DNA from: an uncultured Pirellulales bacterium
GTDB taxonomy: Bacteria; Planctomycetota; Phycisphaerae; Sedimentisphaerales; Anaerobacaceae
DNA length: 39,074 nucleotides
Direction of reading: 5' to 3'
Assembly: GCA_964585535.1 (NCBI GenBank)
Contig: CAZPDW010000001.1
Coordinates: 1 to 39,074, forward strand
The notes beneath the pieces were generated by a model, which did no database searches, was not told the origin of the DNA, and was given only the letters and a program-made list of their open reading frames with translations. Below, piece after piece: positions 1 through 8,298 of the stretch. Both the position numbers and the translations under genes were made by a program. Positions within the stretch are counted from its first letter, which is position 1, and each line of letters starts with the position of its first letter.

Positions 1-56
1 ATACGCACCCCGCTACTATAAGCAAAACTTATAGTACAGCCGCCAAAATCGCCCCG

Positions 57-378
57 TTTTTTCAAATAATTTGCCCTGTTTTCACCCTGTTTTTCCAAAC
101 TTTTCCAAAATTTCCCAAAAATTTCGCAGATTTTACACCATTTTTCGCCCCTATAACCCGCATATCTTACCCATCTTAACCCCCGAACTGCATTTTTCGC
201 CCAAAATCAGCTCCCCCCTCCAAAATTTTCCGGATTTCAGCCGCTTCTATTAGTTTTACTTATAATCTGCCGAAGAAAAATTCCGTATTTTTGCCGTTAT
301 CTTCTATTCTGTCACCCAACAATCGCCAATTCTGTTCTCCTGATATCCTGCTCCCCTGTTCTGCTGATATCCTCGTTA
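57..378. other. G-depleted, T-tract-phased (probably intrinsically curved) non-coding tract upstream of comF
   Basis: On the + strand only one GG dinucleotide (232-233) occurs between 57 and 378. T-tracts start at 57,70,79,90,101,111,122,131,141 (spacing 9-13 nt, about one helical turn). The 12-mer CATTTTTCGCCC occurs at 139-150 and 191-202. CCAAAAT occurs at 43,105,201,220. The only ORF here (71-253) is low complexity. Confidence 0.6.
332..373. repeat. 18-bp direct repeat (17/18 identical), period 24 bp, just upstream of the comF promoter
   Basis: CTGTTCTCCTGATATCCT at 332-349 and CTGTTCTGCTGATATCCT at 356-373. Each copy contains GATATC. The repeat ends 20 bp upstream of the -35 at 393. Confidence 0.7.
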
Positions 379-392
379 GGTCTGTCTCGGCC

Positions 393-421
393 TTGCAATT
401 TCGTGGGGAACGCACTATAAT
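393..421 (+). promoter_or_regulatory. sigma70-like promoter TTGCAA-N17-TATAAT
   Basis: TTGCAA at 393-398 and TATAAT at 416-421, with a 17-nt spacer. The predicted TSS is near 428, immediately next to in-frame GTG 429. Confidence 0.45.
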
Positions 422-428
422 TTGTCCT

Positions 429-1196
429 GTGAAAAGGCCCAAACAACGGTTTTTGCCGGCCGGGGTTGTCTTTGCCTCTTTATGGCAGGGCTTCAACCAC
501 CTGCTGTGGCCGGCGGTCTGTGTCAACTGCGGCGACCCCCTGTCACAGAGCCACCTGCTGTGCGGGAAATGCCTGCAAGAGCTGCTTTCTTCGGCCGGGC
601 CCGATTATTGCCCACGCTGCGGCCTGGACGTCAGCCCCTACGCCTTAACCAATAATGCCTGCGGCAAGTGCCAAAGCACAAAATTCCATTTTGACCAAAT
701 CGCCCGCACCGGTATCTACGCCAGGGCCCTTCGGAAAATGATACTCGCGTTCAAAAATGGACGGACGGAGCTTCAGAGCATGCTCGGCTCGCTCGCCAAT
801 GGCGCCCTGCAGGCAGCTCCCTTCGCGGGCAAAATCGATTTTTTCGTTCCTGTCCCGCTGCACTGGTCAAAGCGTCTCATTCGCGGCTACAATCAATCTT
901 ACCTTCTGTGCAAAACACTTCGTACGTCCGAACGGAAAATAAGTACCGACCTTGTCCGCATCCGTTATACTAAGGCGCAGCCGACAATGCCTACACCGGC
1001 GGCGCGTGAGCGGAACGTCGCGGGGGCATTCGCCGTCAGAAAAGGACACTGCCTTGCCGGTCGAAGCATCTGCTTAGTCGATGACGTCAAGACGACGGGA
1101 GCTACGCTCAACGAATGTGCAAGAGTCCTCAAAGACGCTGACGCATCGGCTGTATATGCTCTTGTCCTGGCGGTCGCGGGGCAAAACACAAACTGA
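429..1196 (+). CDS. comF: ComF/ComFC family amidophosphoribosyltransferase-like protein
   Basis: ORF 291-1196 opens with TTG and has no in-frame ATG before the conserved core. It has Cys pairs CVNCG..CGKC and CPRCG..CGKC plus the C-terminal PRTase signature ICLVDDVKTTGATL. The start is set at GTG 429 because the promoter at 393-421 lies inside the longer ORF. TTG 453 or TTG 291 cannot be excluded. Confidence 0.8.
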   Translation: MKRPKQRFLPAGVVFASLWQGFNHLLWPAVCVNCGDPLSQSHLLCGKCLQELLSSAGPDYCPRCGLDVSPYALTNNACGKCQSTKFHFDQIARTGIYARALRKMILAFKNGRTELQSMLGSLANGALQAAPFAGKIDFFVPVPLHWSKRLIRGYNQSYLLCKTLRTSERKISTDLVRIRYTKAQPTMPTPAARERNVAGAFAVRKGHCLAGRSICLVDDVKTTGATLNECARVLKDADASAVYALVLAVAGQNTN

Positions 1197-1227
1197 TTAC
1201 CGAAAGAACATTATTAAACGAGGTATT

Positions 1228-2382
1228 ATGTCGAAAAAGCTGCTCATAAAAAACTGTATGCTATTCGATGCAAAGGACAAGACGACCACTTCGATTCTCA
1301 TCGAAGACGGCCTTATTTCCAGAATCGGCGCGCCGGCGCTCGACGCCGGCTCCGACCACGTCCTCGACGCCGCCGGCAGCATCGTCGCCCCGGGATTCAT
1401 CGACGTTCATATCCAGGGCGCCGGAGGCGCCGATACCCTCGACGGCACGCGAGAGGCCCTCGAAACAATAGCACGCACCTGCGCCCGCTTCGGCACAACC
1501 GGCTTTGTCGCCACCACGGTCTTCAGTACAGCCCAGAGCAACGAACATCTCGCCGTTGCCGCAAAATACACAGGCCAAAACCTTGGCGGCGCCAATCTGC
1601 TCGGAATTCACCTTGAAGGCCCTTTTATCTCGCCCGAGCGCACGGGTATGATACAGAGCGACTGTGTAACCGAGCCCTCCACGGAAGTTCTGAACGAAAT
1701 ACTCGATTTGACCGCGGGCAAACTCACGATTATGACGCTTGCGCCCGAGTTAGGGGGCTGCCTGCCCATCATTCGCCGCCTTGCCGACTCCGGCATAGTC
1801 GCCTCGTTCGGCCATTCCGCCGCTACTTATGAACAGACACTCACCGGCTTCGACGCAGGTATCTCGCACATTACACACCTGTTCAACGCGATGCCCTCGA
1901 TACACCATCGCGCCCCGGGCCCCCTTGTCGCCATTTTCCGAACGGAATCAGTAACCACACAGATAATTTGCGACGGCGTCCACATACATCCGTCCGTGCT
2001 CGATTTGGTCTTCAACGCCCTCGGCCCGGACCGTGTCCTCCCGATTACCGATGGAATGAGGCCTCTCGGGCTGCCCGACGGTCTGTACAGCTATAAAGGC
2101 ATTCCATTCGAATCGATACAGGGCGTCTGCCGGTACAAAGACGGTACACTCTTCGGCTCGGCGGTACCCCTTAGCGAAATGCTTCGCCGGCTCATCAAAT
2201 TCACCAAATGCCCTCTCGACGTCGCCGTCAGGACGGTAACTGAAAACCCCGCTAAGGTACTCGGCATTGACGACAAAAAGGGCTCAATCGCATCCGGAAA
2301 GGACGCCGACCTCGTCCTGCTCGCCCCCGACATCACCGTCCTCGCCACAATAGTGGCGGGAAATGTGGTGTACACCGGCTGA
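1228..2382 (+). CDS. nagA: N-acetylglucosamine-6-phosphate deacetylase
   Basis: ORF 1081-2382, with the start moved to ATG 1228 (MSKKLLIKNCMLFD, preceded by AACGAGG). Amidohydrolase motifs APGFIDVHIQG, HLEGPFIS, FGHSAAT, ITHLFNAM and DGVHIHP are present. Confidence 0.85.
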   Translation: MSKKLLIKNCMLFDAKDKTTTSILIEDGLISRIGAPALDAGSDHVLDAAGSIVAPGFIDVHIQGAGGADTLDGTREALETIARTCARFGTTGFVATTVFSTAQSNEHLAVAAKYTGQNLGGANLLGIHLEGPFISPERTGMIQSDCVTEPSTEVLNEILDLTAGKLTIMTLAPELGGCLPIIRRLADSGIVASFGHSAATYEQTLTGFDAGISHITHLFNAMPSIHHRAPGPLVAIFRTESVTTQIICDGVHIHPSVLDLVFNALGPDRVLPITDGMRPLGLPDGLYSYKGIPFESIQGVCRYKDGTLFGSAVPLSEMLRRLIKFTKCPLDVAVRTVTENPAKVLGIDDKKGSIASGKDADLVLLAPDITVLATIVAGNVVYTG

Positions 2383-2791
2383 TACTCACCCGGCTTCGGC
2401 ATTTGCTGAAAAAGTGCGGCAGTTGGTGACCGTTCACAGAGTAATATGCCAATGCCGAGTTTCAGCCATTTTACGTCATTGCGAGCGAGGCGAAGCCGGG
2501 CTGTTTTGAAGCTGCCGGTAAAGTCGCAGAGCTTCAGGATGAACTGTACTGTCAACAATGCACAGGTAGATACTATTCATCTGACATTCATCTGTGAGGT
2601 TGTCCAACGGTTTTGGGTAACGCCGGGGAAATCCTGTTTTTTTATGGGTGTAAGGGGGTGTTGTGAGTGTGTAGAAGCCGTTGTTCTGAAGCGGATTTGC
2701 GGCAAAATTATCTACGAGCACCGATTTCGCCGCCCCAATGAAATATGCGGGTTAGCGGCGTGCAGGGCGGCCATCGAGGTCGAAAAATACC

Positions 2792-3904
2792 TCAGATTTT
2801 AACGAATGTGCGTTTGCGGTACATCCAGAGCAGGATTAACCAGACGACGGCAAAGGCGGCGGTGTGCTGGACGAGGTCGTTCCAGCAGCCCAGACGCTCT
2901 GCCAGCCCGCCGACGAAGACGTTTCCAATATGGCGAAAATCGAATAGTTCCGTCGCCATATAGACGGCGATGGCGTTCATACCGATGACCTTGAGACCGA
3001 ACGCCCATTTTCCAAGGCCCCATACATCGATGAGTAAGTAGAAAAGGCCCAGCAGCAGATAGCACAGGCCGCCTGAAAACAGCACAAAGGAGCTTGTCCA
3101 GAGGTGCTTGATATTGGGGAACAAGTATGACCACATCTGGCCGAGCGCCAGACAGGCCGCTGCGCCTATAAGCAGGCCTGCGGCCTTTTTGCCGCCGGGG
3201 CGGTCGGTGCGAAGCCAGTGGCCTGCGAAGACGCCGAGCATAACCGTGGCGGCAAAGACGGGCGTCTCGAGAATCCAGGCGTACGGGCTGCCGTCCTCGA
3301 ACCTGCCCAAGAGCAGCCGGTCGATATAAATAGCCAAGTTACCCTCGGGCGTCAGCACGCCCGCGCCGTAGCCGGGCACGGGTACAAGCGCCATCAACGC
3401 CCAGAACAGCAGAAGGAAGATTATGGTCGCGACAACCTGGGCAGCGACTTTGAACTCGAGTATCAGTATTGCAGAGATGATGTACCCGACCGCAATCGTC
3501 TGCAGGGTGTTGGAATAGATGTGAAATGTCGAAGCGTTAAATTGGAGCAGGTTGCCCTGTGCGACCATACCGAGAAAGAACAAAATCAGGGTGCGTTTGA
3601 TAATGTGGATATACAGTGATTTTTTGGTTTGTTCCTGCTCGAGTCGTTTGCTAAAGGAAAACGGCATTACCACACCGACAATGAAGAGAAACAGCGGCAT
3701 AATCAAATCTTCGAAATAAAAACCTTCCCATCTGGCGTGTTGAAGCTGTCGGTGAATAAAGCCGGTAACGGGGCTGTGAAATATCTTATCGAGTGAGGCA
3801 AATATGGTCCCGCCGCCGATAATCCAGAACATATCGAAGCCCCTGAGGGCGTCAATCGACGCTACCCTTTTACTTTCAAGAAGCTGCTCTTTAGTACCTG
3901 ACAT
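2792..3904 (-). CDS. Polytopic membrane acyltransferase, DUF5009/DUF1624 (heparan-alpha-glucosaminide N-acetyltransferase-like)
   Basis: 370 aa with many hydrophobic helices. The N-terminal SIDALRGFDMFWIIGG is typical of this family. Confidence 0.65.
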   Translation of the reverse strand: MSGTKEQLLESKRVASIDALRGFDMFWIIGGGTIFASLDKIFHSPVTGFIHRQLQHARWEGFYFEDLIMPLFLFIVGVVMPFSFSKRLEQEQTKKSLYIHIIKRTLILFFLGMVAQGNLLQFNASTFHIYSNTLQTIAVGYIISAILILEFKVAAQVVATIIFLLLFWALMALVPVPGYGAGVLTPEGNLAIYIDRLLLGRFEDGSPYAWILETPVFAATVMLGVFAGHWLRTDRPGGKKAAGLLIGAAACLALGQMWSYLFPNIKHLWTSSFVLFSGGLCYLLLGLFYLLIDVWGLGKWAFGLKVIGMNAIAVYMATELFDFRHIGNVFVGGLAERLGCWNDLVQHTAAFAVVWLILLWMYRKRTFVKI

Positions 3905-3973
3905 TTCGACTCTTTTCAGTATGGCTGAATAATTTTTCTGTCCCCCCGTTTGTCTTTCCTAGCCGCCAGCCAA

Positions 3974-4058
3974 TGCCCGGGACTGGACTCGAACCAGCAC
4001 GAGATTGCTCTCACCAGCCCCTCAAGCTGGCGCGTCTGCCAAATTCCGCCACCCGGGC
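3974..4058 (-). tRNA. tRNA-Leu (anticodon GAG), class II with long variable arm
   Basis: The reverse complement reads GCCCGGGTGGCGGAATTTGGCAGACGCGCCAGCTTGAGGGGCTGGTGAGAGCAATCTCGTGCTGGTTCGAGTCCAGTCCCGGGCA. Acceptor stem is GCCCGGG/CCCGGGC. Anticodon stem is CCAGC/GCTGG with loop TTGAGGG. Variable stem is GAGA/TCTC and the T-loop is TTCGAGT. CCA is not encoded. Confidence 0.9.
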
Positions 4059-4066
4059 GGCGCAAG

Positions 4067-4094
4067 TTACTATTGATTATTTACTATTGATTAC
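4067..4094. repeat. Tandem 14-bp repeat TTACTATTGATTA(T/C) x2 within the tRNA-Leu promoter
   Basis: 4067-4080 and 4081-4094 are identical at 13 of 14 positions. Confidence 0.8.
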
Positions 4095-4104
4095 TGAATG
4101 TCAA
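4076..4104 (-). promoter_or_regulatory. sigma70-like promoter for tRNA-Leu (TTGACA-N17-AATAAT on the minus strand)
   Basis: On the minus strand the -35 TTGACA is + 4099-4104 and the -10 AATAAT is + 4076-4081, with a 17-nt spacer. The -10 ends 17 nt before the mature tRNA 5' end. Confidence 0.5.
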
Positions 4105-4202
4105 ATGGGAATTCGCAGTTTTGACAACGCGATAAGATTTGCACTTTTCGATTGTGATTATGCCAACGAGGAAATTGTTCGCCGAAAACCGATAATTCAC
4201 AT

Positions 4203-4230
4203 TTGACTCAGTGCTTTCAAATGCTATCAT
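4203..4230 (+). promoter_or_regulatory. sigma70-like promoter TTGACT-N16-TATCAT upstream of cobA-hemD
   Basis: TTGACT at 4203-4208 and TATCAT at 4225-4230. The leader to ATG 4332 is roughly 95 nt. Confidence 0.4.
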
Positions 4231-4331
4231 TATTATCGATGATGATGGGGAATTTGAGGAAATATCGGTGTGCCGAACCATGGCGGGAACAGAGCATCCG
4301 GAGATACACGAATTTATATAAAAACTAAGCT

Positions 4332-5720
4332 ATGGCGAAGGGAAAGGTATATCTTGTCGGCGCCGGGCCGGGCGACGTCGAGCTGATAACCGTCAAGGGA
4401 TATCGGCTCATCAGCGAGGCGGACGTCATACTCTACGACCATCTGATTCCTTCGGAGCTGCTGCGGCTGGCCCGGAGGGGAGCCGAGGTAATATCGGTTG
4501 GGAAGTTCGCATCTCGCCATACACTGCCGCAACTGCGGATTAGCGAGCTTCTGATTGAAAAAGCAGAGGGCGGCAAAAGCGTTGTCCGGCTCAAAGGCGG
4601 CGACCCGTATCTGTTCGGCAGAGGGGCGGAAGAGGCCGTCGCCTGCGCCGAGGCGGGGGTGGATTTCGAGGTTGTTCCGGGAGTCAGCAGCGCACTTGCA
4701 GCGCCGGCCTACGCGGGTATTGCGGCCACGCACAGGGATTACACATCGAGTGTGGCGATAGTGACCGGCCATCGCAAGAGCGAGGAGCTTGAGATTGAGA
4801 TACCCAGGGCCGGGACGGTTATTTTCCTGATGGGTGTCTCGAACATCGAAAGAATCGTCAGCTCTCTGGTCAAACAGGGCCGGCCCGGCGAGACGAAGAT
4901 TGCCGCCATTGAAAAGGCAACGTGTTACGACCAGCGGGTTGTCAGCGGGACATTAGATAACTTTGTTGAGGTAGTTGAAAAAGCCGGTCTGCGGGCGCCG
5001 GCCGTCTTTATCGTTGGCAGGGTGGTGGAGCTTCAGGAGAAGCTGGGCTGGTTCAGCCGCAGGCCGAGGATACTTTTTCCCGGTACGAGTCCGGAAAAAT
5101 ACAGGCATTTAGGGACGATTGTGCACAGGCCGTTAATCAAGCTTGTTGCTATCGAGGACTACAGTGAGGCGGACGTGGTACTGAGCCGGCTGAACGATTA
5201 CGACTGGGTTGTTTTCACAAGCCGTAATGGTGTCAGGTATTTTTTCGAGCGTCTCAATGTCCTCGGGCTCGATGCCAGGGCGTTTGGCCCGGCGAAGGTG
5301 GCTGTCATCGGGGCAACGACGGCGGCGGAGCTTAAGTCGTATGGTATCTTAGCTGACATTCAGCCGGAAAACGAGACTTCCGCCGGTTTGCTCGATGAAT
5401 TCAGGGAAATTTCGGTCGGCAAAAAGAGGATTTTGTTAGTAAGGCCGGAGGTCGGCCCGGACACTTTGCCGCAGGGTCTGGCCGGTCTCGGCGCGATATG
5501 CGAACAGGCAGCGGTGTACCGCAACGTCGAGGTCGAGTCGGATGAGGTCGATTTTGATTTTATCGACCAGGTCCTTTTTACCAGCGGCTCGACGGTGCGT
5601 GCCTACGTAAAGCATTTCGGCACTGTGCCCGGCGGCATCAGGGTATTGTGCCTCGGCCCGCCGACACTTGCCGAGGCCGTAAAGCACGGCATAACGCAGG
5701 CCGAGATTTTGCCGAAATAG
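4332..5720 (+). CDS. cobA-hemD: Bifunctional uroporphyrinogen-III C-methyltransferase / uroporphyrinogen-III synthase (CobA-HemD fusion)
   Basis: The N-terminal half has SUMT motifs VYLVGAGPGDVELITVKG, VVRLKGGDPYLFGRG and VPGVSSA. The C-terminal roughly 215 aa is HemD-like (VVFTSRNGVRYF, LFTSGSTVRAY). Confidence 0.85.
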   Translation: MAKGKVYLVGAGPGDVELITVKGYRLISEADVILYDHLIPSELLRLARRGAEVISVGKFASRHTLPQLRISELLIEKAEGGKSVVRLKGGDPYLFGRGAEEAVACAEAGVDFEVVPGVSSALAAPAYAGIAATHRDYTSSVAIVTGHRKSEELEIEIPRAGTVIFLMGVSNIERIVSSLVKQGRPGETKIAAIEKATCYDQRVVSGTLDNFVEVVEKAGLRAPAVFIVGRVVELQEKLGWFSRRPRILFPGTSPEKYRHLGTIVHRPLIKLVAIEDYSEADVVLSRLNDYDWVVFTSRNGVRYFFERLNVLGLDARAFGPAKVAVIGATTAAELKSYGILADIQPENETSAGLLDEFREISVGKKRILLVRPEVGPDTLPQGLAGLGAICEQAAVYRNVEVESDEVDFDFIDQVLFTSGSTVRAYVKHFGTVPGGIRVLCLGPPTLAEAVKHGITQAEILPK

Positions 5721-5750
5721 CAACATCACAGGCGAAAAGGGGTTATTGAG

Positions 5751-7028
5751 GTGGCTCGAGACAAAAACGCAGGATTGTTCAGGCGGGCGAAGAGATTCAT
5801 ACCCGGGGGAGTCAACAGCCCGGTTCGCGCATTCAAAGCCGTCGGCGGCTCGCCGATATTTATTCAAAAAGCAAAAGGGCCATATATTTATGACGCCAAC
5901 GGCAAGAGGTACATCGATTACTGCCTGTCGTGGGGGCCTATGATTCTCGGCCATGCCCACCGGGCCGTTATCGAGCAGGTCAAAAAGGCGGCGGCAGGGG
6001 GCACCAGCTTCGGGATACCGACCGGGCTCGAGACAAGTCTTGCCGAGATGATTGTTCGGGCGATACCGACGGTTGAAAAGGTCCGACTGGTAAGCTCCGG
6101 CACCGAGGCGGTAATGACGGCGGTTCGGCTTGCCCGCGGCTGTACCGGTCGGGACAAAATTATAAAGTTTTCCGGCTGCTATCACGGCCACGTGGATTAT
6201 CTTCTGGTTCAGGCGGGCTCGGGGGCGATGACGTTCGGCGTGGCGAGCAGTCCGGGCGTACCCGCCGACTTCACGAAGCACACAATCCTGCTTGCCTTTA
6301 ACAACATCGAAAAGCTCCGGAAGGCGTTCGAGAGATACGGCGACAAAATTGCGGCCGTCATTGTCGAGCCGGTTGCGGCGAATATGGGTGTTGTTTTGCC
6401 GAAAGCCGGCTTCCTCAGGGAAATAAGAAAACTCTGCAGCGAATACAAAAGCATTCTCATTTTCGACGAGGTCGTTACCGGTTTCAGGGTCGGGTACGGC
6501 AGCGTCCAGGACATCTTCGACGTCAGGGCCGACCTTACCTGTCTCGGCAAGGTCATCGGCGGGGGGCTGCCTATAGGCGCCTGCGGCGGCAGGGCGAAGT
6601 ATATGGATAATCTGTCGCCGGAGGGCAAGGTCTATCAGGCGGGGACGTTATCCGGCAACCCGGTCTGCGTAGCCGCCGGAATCGCCACATTGAAGCAGTT
6701 AAAGGCCGACAATCCCTACCGGCGTCTCGCACTTTCAACGGAAAAACTCTGCGAGCGGGTATCCGCCGAGTTTGCAAAAGCCGGCGTTGAACACACGATA
6801 AACCATATCGGCTCGATGTTCACGGTCTTTTTTAATTCCGGCCCTGTTACCGACTACGATTCCGCCGTGCGAAGCGATACCAAGGCGTATGCCCGCTACT
6901 TCAAACGGATGCTAAAGGGGGGAGTTTACTTGCCGCCTTCGCAGTTTGAGGCCTGTTTTCTCTCTGTGCGGCACGGGCAAAAAGATTTCGACCAGACCGT
7001 CGCCGCCGTCAGGGGTATGCCGGCATAG
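5751..7028 (+). CDS. hemL: Glutamate-1-semialdehyde 2,1-aminomutase
   Basis: GTG start preceded by AAGGGG. Motifs IPGGVNSPVRAF, SGTEAVMTAVRLAR, IFDEVVTGFR and LGKVIGGGLP. Confidence 0.92.
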   Translation: MARDKNAGLFRRAKRFIPGGVNSPVRAFKAVGGSPIFIQKAKGPYIYDANGKRYIDYCLSWGPMILGHAHRAVIEQVKKAAAGGTSFGIPTGLETSLAEMIVRAIPTVEKVRLVSSGTEAVMTAVRLARGCTGRDKIIKFSGCYHGHVDYLLVQAGSGAMTFGVASSPGVPADFTKHTILLAFNNIEKLRKAFERYGDKIAAVIVEPVAANMGVVLPKAGFLREIRKLCSEYKSILIFDEVVTGFRVGYGSVQDIFDVRADLTCLGKVIGGGLPIGACGGRAKYMDNLSPEGKVYQAGTLSGNPVCVAAGIATLKQLKADNPYRRLALSTEKLCERVSAEFAKAGVEHTINHIGSMFTVFFNSGPVTDYDSAVRSDTKAYARYFKRMLKGGVYLPPSQFEACFLSVRHGQKDFDQTVAAVRGMPA

Positions 7029-7047
7029 CACGATACAGAGGCGGGTA

Positions 7048-8298
7048 CTAATCAGGCAGGCGGAAGAGCTCGCCGGCGTTTTTCAATTGCGTCCGTTTCT
7101 CTGCGTCGAGGCCGATTTCGTCGTCGGTGAGGTAGCAGGCCGGCTCCGGCGCCCAGGGGTCGCGGTAGTAAAGGTCCGCCCGGACGCGCATACTGCCGCC
7201 GCAGGCGTCAAAGAACCTGCACATCCGGCAGCGGCCTTTTATGTACCGGCGGCGGTTTCTAAGGGCCTTGAGCAGCGGCTCATTTTCATCGGTCCAGATT
7301 TCACTGAATGGCTTTTCGCGGACATCGCCCAGGTCGTAGTGCCACCAGAACTGGTCGGGGTGGACTTTGCCGTTGAAATCGATGCAGCCGATGCCGACGC
7401 CGCTGCTGTACAGGCCGCCGCCGTTCCAGGTGAGCAGTCGCCAGACCTCTTCGGCGCGGGCCTTATCCTCTTCGAGCAGCTTGAGGTATATGTACACTCC
7501 ATCGACGTGGTTATCCACCGTCAGGATGTCCGTTTTTCTTTCCGAACGGCTGAACTGTTTTGTTTTGGCGAGTATGGTATCGACGGCAGTTCGGGTTTGG
7601 GAGTGATTAAGGTCATCGGCGGCGATTTTTTTTCCCCGGCCGACGGGGACGAGGTGATAGAAACAGGCCCTTTCTATATTTTCGGCATCAAAAAACTCGA
7701 AGATGGCATCGAGGTCGCGGACGTTTCTGCGGGTCAGCGTCAGTCGCAGGCCGAGGCGTACGCCGACATCCCGGCAGTTTCTGATGCCGCGGACGGCATT
7801 GTCGAAGGCGCCGGCGGTGCCTCTGAATTTATCATTGACCTCGCCGATGCCGTCCAAGCTTATACCCACGTACGAGACACCCTTTTGCTTGAGCTGCTTT
7901 GCCGTCCCGGCGTCTATAAGCGTGCCGTTTGTCGAGACAACGGTGCGCAGTCCCTTGTGGCCGGCATAATCGAGCAGCTCGAACAAATCGGTGCGCATAA
8001 GCGGCTCGCCGCCCGAGAACAGTACCGATGGGACGCCGAAATGTGCCAGGTCGTCAAGGACCGATTTTGCCTGAGAGGTCGTCAGCTCATTTGCGGCTTT
8101 TTCCGGGCCGCTGTCGTTGTAGCAGTGAATGCACGCCAGATTGCAGGCCCTTGTTATGTTCCAGACCACGACGGGGCGGCGCTGAGACGCCTTTGCGGGC
8201 GCCGGCTGGTCACCGCGTGCATCCGGGTTTTGCCGTCCGTAACGAATCCAATCGCCGGGGGTCGGCTGGCCGCAGTATAATTTGCTGATATTTATCAT
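7048..8298 (-). CDS. Radical SAM/SPASM heme-maturation enzyme of the NirJ/AhbC/AhbD family
   Basis: CxxxCxxC cluster motif in WNITRACNLACIHCY. The C-terminal Cys-rich CRMCRFFDACGGS looks SPASM/twitch-like. The N-terminal ISKLYCG...IRYG extension resembles what I recall from NirJ/Ahb-type proteins. The gene sits in a heme cluster and is translationally coupled to hemA. I cannot separate AhbC from AhbD by eye. Confidence 0.7.
   Translation of the reverse strand: MINISKLYCGQPTPGDWIRYGRQNPDARGDQPAPAKASQRRPVVVWNITRACNLACIHCYNDSGPEKAANELTTSQAKSVLDDLAHFGVPSVLFSGGEPLMRTDLFELLDYAGHKGLRTVVSTNGTLIDAGTAKQLKQKGVSYVGISLDGIGEVNDKFRGTAGAFDNAVRGIRNCRDVGVRLGLRLTLTRRNVRDLDAIFEFFDAENIERACFYHLVPVGRGKKIAADDLNHSQTRTAVDTILAKTKQFSRSERKTDILTVDNHVDGVYIYLKLLEEDKARAEEVWRLLTWNGGGLYSSGVGIGCIDFNGKVHPDQFWWHYDLGDVREKPFSEIWTDENEPLLKALRNRRRYIKGRCRMCRFFDACGGSMRVRADLYYRDPWAPEPACYLTDDEIGLDAEKRTQLKNAGELFRLPD

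Noticed and set aside
71-253. 60-aa ORF in the G-depleted tract
   Set aside because: The Phe/Pro/Ser-rich low-complexity translation is produced by T/C-rich DNA. There is no RBS, so it is better explained as non-coding curved DNA.
1081-1227. N-terminal extensions offered by the ORF track (also 17235-17378, 20917-20955, 22483-22599, 30931-30942, 32630-32656, 35688-35708 and 14931-14945)
   Set aside because: The extensions overlap upstream genes or promoters and lack RBSs. They also precede the conserved N-termini or signal peptides. Internal starts with SD-like sequences fit better.
2490-2515. The sequence CATTGCGAGCGAGGCGAAGCC resembles a short motif I vaguely associate with dispersed intergenic repeats in other phyla
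   Set aside because: There is a single copy in this window, my recollection is imprecise, and I can support no associated gene or structure.
3973-4281. ORFs 3973-4206 (+) and 4084-4281 (-)
   Set aside because: The first overlaps the tRNA-Leu gene. Both lie in the AT-rich promoter region shared by the tRNA and cobA-hemD, and neither has coding-like composition.
5436-6281. 281-aa ORF on the - strand spanning the cobA-hemD/hemL junction
   Set aside because: It is antisense to two strongly supported genes, and its Arg/Pro/Ala-rich translation shows no recognisable domain.
6946-8280. 444-aa ORF on the + strand
   Set aside because: It is fully antisense to the radical SAM gene, which has unmistakable family motifs. 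It is Ala/Val/Gly/Arg-rich shadow-ORF composition, typical of GC-rich DNA, with no RBS or motif.
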